32,000 bases of DNA from an uncultured beta proteobacterium (lineage in GTDB: Bacteria > Pseudomonadota > Gammaproteobacteria > Burkholderiales > Burkholderiaceae_C): the NCBI GenBank assembly GCA_903828665.1, contig CAIKMZ010000023.1, forward strand, positions 1 to 32,000, read 5' to 3'. Under the pieces are notes generated by a model. It made no database searches. It saw only the letters and a program-made list of their open reading frames with translations, and was not told the DNA's origin. The position numbers and the translations under genes were made by a program. Positions 14,672 to 26,472 of the stretch are shown here, in pieces. Each line of letters begins with the position of its first letter. Positions within the stretch are counted from its first letter, which is position 1.

Positions 14672-15563
14672 TCGGTTCCCCTGTCTGGTCCTGCCACTGC
14701 GCCACATTATCGGCGCCCTGCTGGCCGCTTTCCTCGCGTTCCCGCTCGCGGGCTGCAGCACGGCGCGGCTGGGCTACCAGAACGCGCCGGAACTGGCTTA
14801 CTGGTGGCTCGACAGCTACCTCGACCTCAACGACGCGCAGTCGCTGCAGTTGCGCGCCGAACTGGCAGCCCTGCAGACCTGGCACCGGCAGGCCGAGCTG
14901 CCGCTCTACATCGGCGCACTGGACAAGCTGCAGCGCCTGGCCCCGGCCCATGTGAAGGCGACGCAGGTCTGCGCGCTGATCGACGAGCTCAGGCCGCGCC
15001 TGCAGGCGCTGCTGGACCGGATTGAGCCTGGCATCACCGGGCTCGCGCCAAGCCTGACGGCGGCACAGCTCGAACACCTGGCGCGCCAGTTCGACCAGCG
15101 CAGCCAGAAATGGCGCGACGAGTCGCTGGCCGGCACGCCCGATGAGCGCCAGGCGCGCCGCCTCAAGCGGCTGGTCGAGCGCGCCGAGAGCTTTTACGGC
15201 CGGCTTGAGGAGGCACAAGTGGCGGTCCTGCGCGGCCGCGTGGCCAGTTCCGTGTTCGACGCCAGCCTGAGCGATCGCGAGTCGCAGCGCCGCTACCAGG
15301 ACACGCTGCAGACGCTGCGCCTGGTGCAGGGTACCGGCCTGAGCCGCGCCGAGGTCGCAGCCCGGGTCCGCGCCCTGCTCGAGCGCAGCCAGCATTCGCC
15401 GCAGGCTGATCAGCGGGACTATTCGGATCTGCTGCAGCAGGAAAACTGCGCGACCCTGGCCGCGCTGCACAACAGCACGACCCGCGCACAGCGGCGCCAG
15501 CTGAGCGAGACCCTACGGAACTACGAGAACGATGCGCGCGCGCTGATGACAGCCGGGCGTTGA
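14655..15563 (+). CDS. Lipoprotein of unknown function (helical, Arg/Gln/Leu-rich)
   Basis: Lipobox FPLAGC follows a hydrophobic stretch (IIGALLAAFLAFPLAGCST). The long ORF-track 5' extension is antisense to glmU. GTG 14655 is the nearest in-frame start before the signal peptide, so the start is uncertain. Confidence 0.7.
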   Translation: MLLVFNRFPCLVLPLRHIIGALLAAFLAFPLAGCSTARLGYQNAPELAYWWLDSYLDLNDAQSLQLRAELAALQTWHRQAELPLYIGALDKLQRLAPAHVKATQVCALIDELRPRLQALLDRIEPGITGLAPSLTAAQLEHLARQFDQRSQKWRDESLAGTPDERQARRLKRLVERAESFYGRLEEAQVAVLRGRVASSVFDASLSDRESQRRYQDTLQTLRLVQGTGLSRAEVAARVRALLERSQHSPQADQRDYSDLLQQENCATLAALHNSTTRAQRRQLSETLRNYENDARALMTAGR

Positions 15564-15582
15564 CACCGCATAAGATCGCGCC

Positions 15583-16983
<1,401 letters not shown>

Positions 16984-18267
16984 TCAGAAGCAGGTCGTGA
17001 TCGCGTCGACCACGCCGTAGCCGGCGTCGACCAGCGGCATCCAGCGCCATTTGTCGAAGGTGGTGCACGGGTGCGAAATGCCCAGGCAAACCCGATCGCC
17101 CACCCGCAGCGCCTGATGCTGCGCATCGGACCCCTGCAGATAGGCATGCTGGTCGTTGAGTTTGCTGATCGTCCACTGCGCCGGCGCCGCGCGCACCGTT
17201 CGTGTCCCACGAGCGCATGTCGCCAGCGGGATTGGCATGCCCATGTCGTAGGAAAGGTCACGCTTGCCAACGGCCAGGATCGCCAGCCCCGGCTCCGGGC
17301 ATGACTGCACTTCGGCCCACACCTCCAGCGCCGCCTCCAGACCGGTCGTGCAACCGGTGCGCGCAGCCACCGCGCTCATCATGCGCTTGTAGTTGCCCTG
17401 GTCATGCGTGACGTAACAGCCCGAGCGCAACAAGCCCTGCACGCTGCGCCGCAGCGCCGGCTTGAGCGCGGCGCTGACGAGGTCGAAGATGGCCGAGCCG
17501 CCGGCCGTCAGCATCACTTCATCGCTGTCAAACAAATCCTGTGCGTCACAGGCGGCGACCAGCGTCTGCAACAAGTCCAGCAGCGGCCGCACGTAAGCCT
17601 GGTCCTGCGCCGTATCACCGCTGGCGCCCAGTCCTTCATAGCATTCCACGCCCACGAGTCGCACCGCCGTGCTGTCATGCAGGCGCCGCGCCAGTTCCAT
17701 GGCCTGCGTCAGGTCGCGGCAACCGGTGCGCCCACCGGACAAACCGATCTCCAGCAGCACCTCAAAATCACAGGCCTGCGGCTGCCTGTGCCGCCAGGCT
17801 TCGATCCGATCGAGCTGCGCCAGTGAATCGACCAGGAAGATCAGACGCAGCCCCGGCTGGTTTCGCAGCAAGCTGTCGATGCACTGAAGGTCGATGTCGG
17901 CAAACACCTGGTTCGCGATCAGGCAGTGCTGCGCGCCGGCGGCCAGGCCCGCGCGCATCTGCGTCACCGTGGCAAAGGTCATGCCCCAGGCGCCCGCGTC
18001 AAGCTGCAGGCGAAACAGCTGGGGCGACATGCTGGTCTTGCCATGCGGCGCCAGACCCAGGCCGCGTTGACCTGCGAAGTCCTGCATCCACGCCAGGTTG
18101 TGCTGCAGCACCTCGCGCTTGATGACGGCCAGTGGCAGCGGCAGGTCACCGGCCAGCACATTCCAGCCCTGGCCGCCGATCTGCGAACGCCGCACGGGCG
18201 CGCTGTGGTGCGGAAAACCCTTTTGCGAGGCGTCGATCCAGGGGTCGAGCAGATCTGCCGGAGCCAT
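16984..18267 (-). CDS. PLP-dependent amino acid deaminase / aldolase (DSD1 / D-threonine aldolase-like, alanine racemase N-terminal fold)
   Basis: The APHGKT lysine motif and overall layout match this family. ATG 18267 is preferred over the ORF-track TTG 18273. The start lies 2 nt after the upstream gene's stop. Confidence 0.8.
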   Translation of the reverse strand: MAPADLLDPWIDASQKGFPHHSAPVRRSQIGGQGWNVLAGDLPLPLAVIKREVLQHNLAWMQDFAGQRGLGLAPHGKTSMSPQLFRLQLDAGAWGMTFATVTQMRAGLAAGAQHCLIANQVFADIDLQCIDSLLRNQPGLRLIFLVDSLAQLDRIEAWRHRQPQACDFEVLLEIGLSGGRTGCRDLTQAMELARRLHDSTAVRLVGVECYEGLGASGDTAQDQAYVRPLLDLLQTLVAACDAQDLFDSDEVMLTAGGSAIFDLVSAALKPALRRSVQGLLRSGCYVTHDQGNYKRMMSAVAARTGCTTGLEAALEVWAEVQSCPEPGLAILAVGKRDLSYDMGMPIPLATCARGTRTVRAAPAQWTISKLNDQHAYLQGSDAQHQALRVGDRVCLGISHPCTTFDKWRWMPLVDAGYGVVDAITTCF

Positions 18268-18269
18268 GC

Positions 18270-18869
18270 TCAAACCGGCCAGACCACGCCGTTGTCGTTC
18301 AGGATGGCGTCGAGCGGCATGTCGTGCGGCTCGGGTTCGAAGTCCGGCAGAAAGGCCGGTGCAAAACCAAGCCCGACCGTCATCGGGTGCGGCTGCAGCG
18401 TGGCCAGCATGCGGTCATAAAAGCCGCCGCCATAACCCAGACGGTAGCCGCCCGGCGCGTAACCGACGCAGGCGACGAACAGCAGCGTCGGCACGATGAC
18501 CTCGGTGTCCTTGGGCTTGGGGATGCCATAGGCGTCTTCTTCCATCGGACAACCCGGGTACCAGGCATGAAACGTCATGGTCTTGTGAACTTTGTCGACC
18601 ACCGGCAGTCCAATCTTGCGCAGGCGTGATTGTTCGATCAGTTCACCGTCTTCCTTCCAGCGGTGCAGGGCCGGCAGCGGATCGAATTCGCCCTTGATCG
18701 GCCAGTAGGCGCCGATCACGGTATCGGGGCGACCCACCAGCCAGATGCGCATGACCCGCTGCAAAAGATCGGCGCGCTGTAGGCGATCGGGCAGGTTCAG
18801 GCGTTGATGGATGAGTTGCTCGCGCAGGGCTTTCTTCTCAAGTTTCTTGTTGTTACCCGTTGTGTCCAT
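18270..18869 (-). CDS. 5-formyltetrahydrofolate cyclo-ligase
   Basis: The GYGGGFYDR hallmark is near the C-terminus. ATG 18869 (MDTTGNNKK...) is preferred over GTG 18890. Confidence 0.88.
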   Translation of the reverse strand: MDTTGNNKKLEKKALREQLIHQRLNLPDRLQRADLLQRVMRIWLVGRPDTVIGAYWPIKGEFDPLPALHRWKEDGELIEQSRLRKIGLPVVDKVHKTMTFHAWYPGCPMEEDAYGIPKPKDTEVIVPTLLFVACVGYAPGGYRLGYGGGFYDRMLATLQPHPMTVGLGFAPAFLPDFEPEPHDMPLDAILNDNGVVWPV

Positions 18870-18878
18870 AATCCCACC

Positions 18879-20882
18879 ATGCAGTTTCACGCCATTTTGA
18901 CATCGATTACCGTCTCGGCGTGCCTGACGCTGGCCGCGCTATCGCCAGCCCGCGCACAAACTGCGGCCCCCGCCCTGTCGCCGTCGGACGCGGTGATTCT
19001 GGAAATGAACCAGGCTTTCAAGAAGGGCGACAGCAAACGCCTGAGCGCCCTGCTGCCGCAAGCGCGCGGCAACACCCTGGAGCCTTGGGCTGCCTACTGG
19101 GAACTGAAAGCCAGGCTGGAGACAGCCGCGCCGGCGGAAGTGCAGGATTTCTTCACGCGTTTTGCCGGCAGCTATCAGGAAGACCGCCTGCGCAACGACT
19201 GGCTGCTGCTGCTCGGACAGCGCCGCTACTGGAGCGACTTCGCGGATGTGCAGCCCCTGTTCCGCATGAAGGACGACCGCGAGGTGCGCTGTTACAGTCT
19301 GGCGCTCGAGCCGCTGTCCACCAACCCGGAACTGGGCGCTGATTTCAAGCGCGTCTGGTACGCGCAACGGGATGTCGACGACGGCTGCAACTATGCGGCC
19401 AGTCATCTGTTCGCAGCCAAACGGCTGAGCGAGGCCGATATCTGGCGCAAGGCGCGCCAGGCCATGGAAAACAACCGCCCCAGGCTGGCCAAGCTGGCGG
19501 TGGAAATCATCTCCACGGCTGCCGCAGCACCGATCGACGAGATCAACAACAACCCGGCGCGCTATCTGTCCAAACGCGTCATCGCCGCGGGCCGTGTCGC
19601 CAAGGAATCCGTCGTGCTGGCCCTGATCCGCATGGCTGCCAACGACCCCGACAGTGCCGCCAGCGCGATGGAAAACCACTGGGGCGTGCACCTGAGCGCG
19701 GAGCAACGCTCGTGGGTCTGGGGCGTGATCGGCAAGCAGACGGCGCAGCGCCTGACAGGCGATGCATTGGCCTATTTCTCCAAGGCCATCGAGAGCGAGC
19801 TCAGCGATGGACAACTGGGCTGGAAGATCCGCGCCGCCCTGCGCCAGGGCCAGTGGAAGGATGTGCTCTCAGCGACGCAGGCCATGAGTCCCGAGGCGCG
19901 CCAGGAATCGACCTGGATCTACTGGCGCGCGCGCGCACTGGCCAGGTTGGCGAAAACCGACGCCCAGCGCGCAGAGGCCAAGGCATTGTTCGAGAGCATC
20001 GCCAGCGTGCGCGGCTTCTACGAACAACTGGCGCTGGAAGAGCTGGGCCACGCCATCACGGTGCCGCAGCCGCCGCCGGCCCTGAGCGCCGAAGAGAAGG
20101 AAGCGGCCCGTCGCAATGCCGGCCTCAACCGCAGCCTGTATGCGATCCGGATCGGCTTGCGCAGCGAGGGTGTGCGCGAGTGGAACTACAGCACCAATCT
20201 GCACACACCCGGGGGCATGAGCGACCGCGAGCTGCTGGCAGCGGCCGATCTGGCCTGCCAGAACGAGGTCTGGGACCGCTGCATCAACACCAGCGATCGA
20301 ACCAGGGACGTGATCGACTTCGAGCAGCGCTTTCCCATGCCGCACAAGACCGCGGTGCTGCAGCGCGCGGCGCAGATCGGCCTGGACCCGGCCTACGTCT
20401 ACGGCCTGATCCGTCAGGAAAGCCGCTTCGTCACAGACGCGCACTCGGGTGTCGGTGCCGCCGGCCTCATGCAGATCATGCCGCCGACGGCACGCTGGAC
20501 GGCCAAGAAGATCGGGCTGACCAGCTTCAAGCCAAGCCAGATCAACGAGCGTGACACCAACATCGTCATCGGCACGGCTTATCTCAAGCTGGTGCTGGAC
20601 AATTTCGACGGCTCAATGCCGATGGCGGCCGCCGCCTACAACGCCGGGCCGAGCCGGCCGCGCAGTTGGCGCGGCCAGACCGGCGCACCCGTGCTGGACG
20701 CGGCCATCTGGGCGGAGAACGTGCCGTTCTCCGAAACGCGCGACTATGTGAAGAAGGTCTTGTCCAACACGGCCAATTACGCAGCGCTGATCAGCGGCCA
20801 ACCTCAATCATTGAAACAGCGGCTCGGTCTGGTCGGGCCGCGCGATGCCAGCGCACCCGAGCCGGCCCAGGACCTGCCCTAG
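18879..20882 (+). CDS. slt: Soluble lytic murein transglycosylase (Slt70-like)
   Basis: Signal peptide MQFHAILTSITVSACLTLAALSPARA/QT from ATG 18879. Superhelical N-terminal region and a C-terminal SLT domain (ESRF, GLMQIMP, AYNAGP). Confidence 0.9.
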   Translation: MQFHAILTSITVSACLTLAALSPARAQTAAPALSPSDAVILEMNQAFKKGDSKRLSALLPQARGNTLEPWAAYWELKARLETAAPAEVQDFFTRFAGSYQEDRLRNDWLLLLGQRRYWSDFADVQPLFRMKDDREVRCYSLALEPLSTNPELGADFKRVWYAQRDVDDGCNYAASHLFAAKRLSEADIWRKARQAMENNRPRLAKLAVEIISTAAAAPIDEINNNPARYLSKRVIAAGRVAKESVVLALIRMAANDPDSAASAMENHWGVHLSAEQRSWVWGVIGKQTAQRLTGDALAYFSKAIESELSDGQLGWKIRAALRQGQWKDVLSATQAMSPEARQESTWIYWRARALARLAKTDAQRAEAKALFESIASVRGFYEQLALEELGHAITVPQPPPALSAEEKEAARRNAGLNRSLYAIRIGLRSEGVREWNYSTNLHTPGGMSDRELLAAADLACQNEVWDRCINTSDRTRDVIDFEQRFPMPHKTAVLQRAAQIGLDPAYVYGLIRQESRFVTDAHSGVGAAGLMQIMPPTARWTAKKIGLTSFKPSQINERDTNIVIGTAYLKLVLDNFDGSMPMAAAAYNAGPSRPRSWRGQTGAPVLDAAIWAENVPFSETRDYVKKVLSNTANYAALISGQPQSLKQRLGLVGPRDASAPEPAQDLP

Positions 20883-20888
20883 CAAGGT

Positions 20889-21077
20889 CTATCGTGCCGG
20901 TTTGGAATCAGGGATCACGGCGTCAAGCACCGCGCCCGTGGCCTTCACTCCGGTCTTGACCACCACGGCCGCCGTGGTCACCACGGCATCCGCCACGGCG
21001 ACGACGGCACAGCCACTGCTGGCCAGCAAGGCCGTCGCGAGCAGCGCGATGGCTGCGCCTCTTCCAATTCCCGACAT
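20889..21077 (-). CDS. Small putative lipoprotein (62 aa)
   Basis: MSGIGRGAAIALLATALLASSGC lipobox. GGAG Shine-Dalgarno 7 nt before ATG 21077. The mature part is Ala/Val/Thr-rich. Confidence 0.5.
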   Translation of the reverse strand: MSGIGRGAAIALLATALLASSGCAVVAVADAVVTTAAVVVKTGVKATGAVLDAVIPDSKPAR

Positions 21078-21128
21078 GAGTGCACTCCGCTTGATATGCA
21101 TAGAATTATCGACTTAAGGAGACCCCTC

Positions 21129-21833
21129 ATGCTCAAGCTCTACATCGGCAACAAGAACTACTCATCCTGGTCGATGCGTCCCTGGGTCCTGCTGCGCCAG
21201 GCCGGCATCCCGTTCGAGGAGGTCATGGTTCGCTTTGACTCGTTCGCCGATGACGGCCGCTCCACCTTCAAGAACACGCTCAAGACCCTGACGCCAACCG
21301 GCAAGGTGCCGCTGCTGGTGGACGATGGCCTGGCGGTGTGGGACACGCTGGCGATCGCCGAATATGTGGCGGAGCAATTTCCCGACAAGGCCTTGTGGCC
21401 GCGTGCGAAGGCTGCGCGCGCGCGCGCGCGCAGCATCTGCGCCGAGATGCACGCGGGCTTCACCGCCCTGCGCAGCAACTGTCCGATGAACGTCGAGGCA
21501 TCGCTGCCTGAAGTCGGCGCGCTGATCTGGCGCGACAAGCCCGCCGTGCGGGCCGAGGTCGCGCGCCTGGTGACGATGTGGCAGACCCTGCTCGACGAAC
21601 ATGGCGGCCCGTTGCTGTTTGGTGAATTCACGATTGCCGACGCCTACTTTGCGCCGATCTGCATGCGCCTGCAGACCTACGCGCTGCCGCTGCCGCAGGG
21701 CATCGCCTCCTATGTCGAGCGCGTGCGCGCCCTGCCCGGAGTGCGACAGTGGATCGATCACGCGATCGCGGAAAGAGACTTCCTCGATTTCGAAGAGCCG
21801 TACCGCTTGAGCGCCGAGCCTGCGGCGCGCTGA
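21129..21833 (+). CDS. Glutathione S-transferase family protein
   Basis: AAGGAGA Shine-Dalgarno then ATG 21129. MLKLYIGNKNYSSWSMRPW N-terminus and a thioredoxin-like N-domain followed by a helical C-domain. Confidence 0.85.
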   Translation: MLKLYIGNKNYSSWSMRPWVLLRQAGIPFEEVMVRFDSFADDGRSTFKNTLKTLTPTGKVPLLVDDGLAVWDTLAIAEYVAEQFPDKALWPRAKAARARARSICAEMHAGFTALRSNCPMNVEASLPEVGALIWRDKPAVRAEVARLVTMWQTLLDEHGGPLLFGEFTIADAYFAPICMRLQTYALPLPQGIASYVERVRALPGVRQWIDHAIAERDFLDFEEPYRLSAEPAAR

Positions 21834-21834
21834 C

Positions 21835-23085
21835 ATGCAAATCTACTTGGTCGGCGGCGCGGTGCGCGATGCGCTGCTGGGCTTGCCCGTCACCGACCAC
21901 GACTGGGTGGTTGTGGGCGCAACGCCCGATGTCCTCATTGCGCAGGGCTTCCTGCCGGTGGGCAAGGACTTTCCGGTGTTCCTGCATCCGCGCAGCAAGG
22001 AGGAATATGCGCTGGCGCGCACCGAGCGCAAGACCGGACCCGGCTACCACGGCTTCGCCGTGCACGCGGCGCCCGATGTCACGCTGGAAGAAGACCTGGC
22101 GCGGCGCGACCTCACCGTCAATGCGATGGCGGTGCGCGCCGATGCGACGGACCCGGCGCTATGGGAGACAAAGAACGCGCTGGTCGACCCCTATCGCGGT
22201 CGCCGTGATCTGGCCGCCCGCGTGTTGCGCCATGTGACGGCAGCGTTTCGCGAAGACCCGGTGCGCATCCTGCGCGTGGCGCGGTTGGCGGCGCGCTTTG
22301 CCGACTTCACGGTCGCACCCGAAACCCTGGCGCTGATGCGCGAGATGGTGGACGGCGGCGAGGTCGACCACTTGGTCGCCGAGCGCGTCTGGCAGGAACT
22401 GGCCAAGGGCCTGATGGAAGACACGCCCTCGCGCATGTTCGCGGTGCTGCGCGATTGCGGTGCGCTGGCGCGCCTGCTGCCCGAGGTGGACCGCTTGTGG
22501 GGCGTGCCGCAGCGCGCCGACTACCACCCGGAGATCGACTGCGGGGTCCACCTGATGCTGGTGCTCGACATGAGCGCGCGCCTGCGGGCCGCGCTGCCGG
22601 TGCGCCTGGCCTGCCTGTTCCACGACCTGGGCAAGGCGACGACGCCCGCGCACCTGCTGCCCAAACACCACGGCCACGAGGAACGCAGCGCGCGGCTGCT
22701 AGCCGGCATTTGCGAGCGCTTGCGCGTGCCGACCGAATGCCGCGAACTCGCCGATGTGGTGGCGCGCGAGCACGGCAACATCCACCGCAGCGGCGACTTG
22801 AACGCCGCCGCCGTGGTGCGCCTGCTGCAGCGCTGTGACGCCTTTCGCAAGCCGGAACGCTTTGTCGAAGTGCTGCTGGCCTGTGAATGCGATTCGCGCG
22901 GGCGGCTCGGGTCCGCCGAGTCAGCCTACGCGCCATCGCCGCGCCTGCTGGCCGCGCTGGCCGCGACTCGGGCGGTGGCGACGCATTCGATCGCAAGCGT
23001 CGCCATGGCGGCGGGCATCAACGGCAAGAAGATCGGTGAACTGATCGAACAGGCGCGCGTCGAGGCGGTGCGCGCCGCGCTGTAG
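21835..23085 (+). CDS. cca: Multifunctional CCA-adding enzyme / 2'-nucleotidase / phosphatase
   Basis: MQIYLVGGAVRDALLG...DHDWVV nucleotidyltransferase head plus a C-terminal HD domain (FHDLGK). Confidence 0.95.
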   Translation: MQIYLVGGAVRDALLGLPVTDHDWVVVGATPDVLIAQGFLPVGKDFPVFLHPRSKEEYALARTERKTGPGYHGFAVHAAPDVTLEEDLARRDLTVNAMAVRADATDPALWETKNALVDPYRGRRDLAARVLRHVTAAFREDPVRILRVARLAARFADFTVAPETLALMREMVDGGEVDHLVAERVWQELAKGLMEDTPSRMFAVLRDCGALARLLPEVDRLWGVPQRADYHPEIDCGVHLMLVLDMSARLRAALPVRLACLFHDLGKATTPAHLLPKHHGHEERSARLLAGICERLRVPTECRELADVVAREHGNIHRSGDLNAAAVVRLLQRCDAFRKPERFVEVLLACECDSRGRLGSAESAYAPSPRLLAALAATRAVATHSIASVAMAAGINGKKIGELIEQARVEAVRAAL

Positions 23086-24231
23086 TCACAACCGGTCGGT
23101 GCGGTCGCCGTGGGCGAAACCGATGGCATCCCAGGGTTCGCCCTTGAACAGGCCGATGACCTTGAACAGCTCGCCCATTTCGTGTTCCATGATCAGCTTT
23201 TGCGCCTGCACGCGGATCGCGGTCGAAGCGTCTTCGAGGCGGCCCAGCAGTCCGCAATTCATCAGGAAGCGCCCCTGCGTGCAGTAGCCCAGCACGCCCA
23301 TGTCGGCCTCCTGCGCCGCCAGCGCGATGCCGGTGAAATCGACGTGGGCCGTGATGTCCTTCAGGCCGACGTCGGCCAGCGGGTCGGTGTCGGAGCGGTG
23401 CGCGCGGTGGCACATCACGGTGCCCATGTGGCGCTGCGGGTGGTAGTACTCGGCCTGCGGGAAACCGTAGTCGATGAAGAACAGCGCGCCGGCGCCGAGC
23501 TTGTCTCCCAGCGTGCGGACGAAGGACTCGGCCTGCGGATGGATTTCGGTCAGGAAGTCGTGCTCGCCCTGCGGCTCCAGTGGCGGGCGCAGGTCCGTGG
23601 GACGATCGCGCCAGACAAAGGCGGCGCCCTGGTCGCCCGCATCGGGCGCCGACAAGGCGACACCGCGCTCGTGCCAGAGACCCCCGGTGCGCGCCAGCAG
23701 TTTGACCGGCATGGCATCGAGCACCTCGTTGCCGATCACGACACCCTGCAGCGTCTCGGGCAATTCGCTGACCCAGCGCACGCGGTCGGCGTGCCTTTCC
23801 AGCGTCTGTTGCTGGCGCGCGCGCAGGCTGCCCGACAGATCGACGATGTTGTAGCCCGCCACCGGCTGGCCCAGCGCCGCCAGTTCCTCGATCACCTGCA
23901 GGGCCAGGGCGCCAGTGCCTGCGCCGAACTCCCAGACTTCCGTCGTCTGCGTCACCTGCAGCGCCTGCGCGACCTGGGTGGCCAGCGTCCGGCCGAACAG
24001 GGGCGTCATCTCCGGGGCGGTGACAAAGTCGCTGCCCGGCGCTGGCGCATCGCCCTGCGTGGCATAGGGCAGGCTGCCGAACTTGGTGCTGTCGTTGGCG
24101 TAGTAGCCCAGGCCCGGCGTGTACAAGGCCAGCGCCATGAATTCATCGAAGCCGATCCAGCCGCCGTCGTCGACAATGGTTTGTGAAATGTGGCGCGCAA
24201 GGGCGCTCGTTAAACTGTAGGCTGTTGTCAT
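23086..24231 (-). CDS. Class I SAM-dependent methyltransferase (COG1565 / MidA-NDUFAF7-like)
   Basis: FMALALYTPGLGYY and EFGAGTGALA motifs. ATG 24231 with an AAGG Shine-Dalgarno is preferred over the ORF-track TTG 24252. Confidence 0.85.
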   Translation of the reverse strand: MTTAYSLTSALARHISQTIVDDGGWIGFDEFMALALYTPGLGYYANDSTKFGSLPYATQGDAPAPGSDFVTAPEMTPLFGRTLATQVAQALQVTQTTEVWEFGAGTGALALQVIEELAALGQPVAGYNIVDLSGSLRARQQQTLERHADRVRWVSELPETLQGVVIGNEVLDAMPVKLLARTGGLWHERGVALSAPDAGDQGAAFVWRDRPTDLRPPLEPQGEHDFLTEIHPQAESFVRTLGDKLGAGALFFIDYGFPQAEYYHPQRHMGTVMCHRAHRSDTDPLADVGLKDITAHVDFTGIALAAQEADMGVLGYCTQGRFLMNCGLLGRLEDASTAIRVQAQKLIMEHEMGELFKVIGLFKGEPWDAIGFAHGDRTDRL

Positions 24232-24251
24232 AACCTTCGAATTGTCCACCA

Positions 24252-25046
24252 ATGTCGAGCCCGCCTCCCGCCCGAACGGTTCTTGTCACCGGCGCTGCCA
24301 AGCGTCTGGGGCGTGAAATTGCGCTCGCGCTGGCCAAGGATGGCTGGCAGGTCGCCGTGCATTACCGCGACTCGCTGGAAGACGCCACCAGGACGGTGGC
24401 CGACTGCACCCGTCTGGCCGGCGCCAGCGCCGCCTTTCGCGCCAACCTGACCAACGAGACCGCCGTGCGCAACCTGCTGCCCAAAGTCATCGCGCAGTTC
24501 GGCCGCGTCGACGCCATCGTCAACAGCGCCTCCACCTTCGAGCACGATACCGCCGCCAATTTCAACTTCGCCGCCATGGACAAGCACATGCGCAGCAATG
24601 CCGGGGCCGCCATCATCCTGGCGCAGGCCCTGCACGGCCATGTGCTGGGCCGCGACGGCTCGGCCAGCGCCCACGCGCGCCGGCCGCTCGGTGTGGTGGT
24701 GAACCTGCTGGACCAGAAGCTGTGGAACCAGAACCCCGATTTCTTCAGCTACACGCTGTCCAAGGCTGCACTGGAGGCGGCGACCACCATGCTGGCGATG
24801 GCGCTGAGCCCGCAACTTCGCGTGGTCGGCGTGGCGCCGGGCCTGACCTTGACGAGCCACCTGCTGAGCGAGGAGAAGTTCGAGGCCTTGCACAAGTTGT
24901 CGCCGCTGGGCCGATCCTCGACGGCGCCGGATGTTGCCGCGACCGTGAAATTTGCCATCGACAACCAGTCGATCACCGGCACCACGCTGCTGGTCGACGG
25001 CGGCCAGCACCTGATGAAATTCGAGCGTGATTTCTCCATGCTGTGA
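24252..25046 (+). CDS. SDR family oxidoreductase, pteridine/dihydromonapterin reductase-like (FolM/PTR1 type)
   Basis: TGAAKRLG Rossmann motif. Lies immediately upstream of folB, which supports a pterin-related role by context. Confidence 0.8.
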   Translation: MSSPPPARTVLVTGAAKRLGREIALALAKDGWQVAVHYRDSLEDATRTVADCTRLAGASAAFRANLTNETAVRNLLPKVIAQFGRVDAIVNSASTFEHDTAANFNFAAMDKHMRSNAGAAIILAQALHGHVLGRDGSASAHARRPLGVVVNLLDQKLWNQNPDFFSYTLSKAALEAATTMLAMALSPQLRVVGVAPGLTLTSHLLSEEKFEALHKLSPLGRSSTAPDVAATVKFAIDNQSITGTTLLVDGGQHLMKFERDFSML

Positions 25047-25088
25047 CGCGGCAGCACCCTGGCCTTCTCCATCCAACCGGTTCCCACC

Positions 25089-25460
25089 ATGGCACAAACC
25101 TTTGGTCGACAGACCCTCACGCTCACCGGCCTGCGTTTCGATGCCAGCCTGGGGATTCTGGAGTTCGAAAAGACCGCGCCGCAGCCGATCCAGGTCGATG
25201 CCGAGCTCAACCTCGGCCAGCAGGCGCTGCTGCCGCACGACGATGACATCCACCGCGTGCTCGATTACCGCAAGGTGCGCCAGATCATCATCAATGAGTG
25301 CACGGCCGAGCACGTGAACCTGCTCGAGACCCTGATCGGCAAGCTGGCCAACCGCCTGCTGCAGCTGCCGGGTGTCCAGGGCGTGCGCGTGAAGATCGCC
25401 AAGCTCGAGATCTTCGACGACTGCGAAGTGGCGATCCGGGTCGAGACCGGGCAGTGGTGA
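25089..25460 (+). CDS. folB: Dihydroneopterin aldolase
   Basis: 123-aa FolB-fold sequence (LRFDASLGILEFEK...PIQVDAEL...DY..V). Confidence 0.85.
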   Translation: MAQTFGRQTLTLTGLRFDASLGILEFEKTAPQPIQVDAELNLGQQALLPHDDDIHRVLDYRKVRQIIINECTAEHVNLLETLIGKLANRLLQLPGVQGVRVKIAKLEIFDDCEVAIRVETGQW

Positions 25461-25504
25461 GCGCTTGAGGGAAAATCGACCGCCATGGAACACAAGGAAA
25501 CCGA

Positions 25505-26440
25505 ATGAGCGTCGTCTGGATTGACAAGGAAGTGACACCGGCCGAGGTCGAAGCCAGGCCGGAGCCGAAGATCGAGCGCGAGACGCACAAGCTGGAGAAG
25601 CGCCTGTGCCGCCAGGTCGGACAGGCGATCATGGACTTCAACATGATCGAGGAAGGCGACCGCGTGATGGTCTGCGTCTCCGGCGGCAAGGACAGCTACG
25701 GCCTGCTCGACATCCTGCTCAAACTGCAGGCGCGCGCGCCCGTCCATTTCGAGCTGGTCGCCGTCAACCTGGACCAGAAGCAGCCCGGTTTCCCGGCGCA
25801 CATCCTGCCAGCCTACCTGAAGCAGCTGGGCGTGCCGTTTCACATCGAAACGCAGGACACCTACAACATCGTCAAGAAGGTGATCCCCGAAGGGAAGACC
25901 ATGTGCAGCCTGTGCAGCCGGCTGCGCCGCGGCATCCTGTACCGGGTCGCCGACGAGCTGAAGGTCACCAAGATTGCGCTCGGTCATCACCGCGACGACA
26001 TGCTGCAGACCTTCTTCCTCAACCTGTTCTTCGCCGGCAAGATCAAGGGCATGCCCCCGAAACTGGTGAGCGACGACGGTGGCCACATCGTGATCCGTCC
26101 GCTGGCCAACGTGGCGGAAAAAGACCTGACGCGCTGGGCCGAACATCGCCAGTTCCCCGTCATCCCGTGCTCGCTGTGCGGCAGCCAGGCCAACCTGCAG
26201 CGTCAGCAGATCGGCAACATGCTGCGCGAATGGGAGAAGAAATACCCGGGGCGCATCAAGAGCATGTTCACGGCGCTGCACAACGTCGTGCCCTCGCACC
26301 TGATGGACGCCAAGCAGCACAACTTCAAGGACATCAAGGTCACCGGTATCGCCGATGCCGACGGCGACAAGGTGTTTGATTCGGAGGAATTCATCGGCGC
26401 TGCCCTGCCCGGCTCGCAGGTGATCGATCTCCAGCTCTGA
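25505..26440 (+). CDS. ttcA: tRNA 2-thiocytidine(32) synthetase
   Basis: PP-loop [16 protein letters not shown] and a second CSLCG motif. AAGGAAA Shine-Dalgarno. Confidence 0.93.
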   Translation: MSVVWIDKEVTPAEVEARPEPKIERETHKLEKRLCRQVGQAIMDFNMIEEGDRVMVCVSGGKDSYGLLDILLKLQARAPVHFELVAVNLDQKQPGFPAHILPAYLKQLGVPFHIETQDTYNIVKKVIPEGKTMCSLCSRLRRGILYRVADELKVTKIALGHHRDDMLQTFFLNLFFAGKIKGMPPKLVSDDGGHIVIRPLANVAEKDLTRWAEHRQFPVIPCSLCGSQANLQRQQIGNMLREWEKKYPGRIKSMFTALHNVVPSHLMDAKQHNFKDIKVTGIADADGDKVFDSEEFIGAALPGSQVIDLQL

Positions 26441-26472
26441 CAGCCGCGCGGTGCGCCGGATGCCGGTCGGCG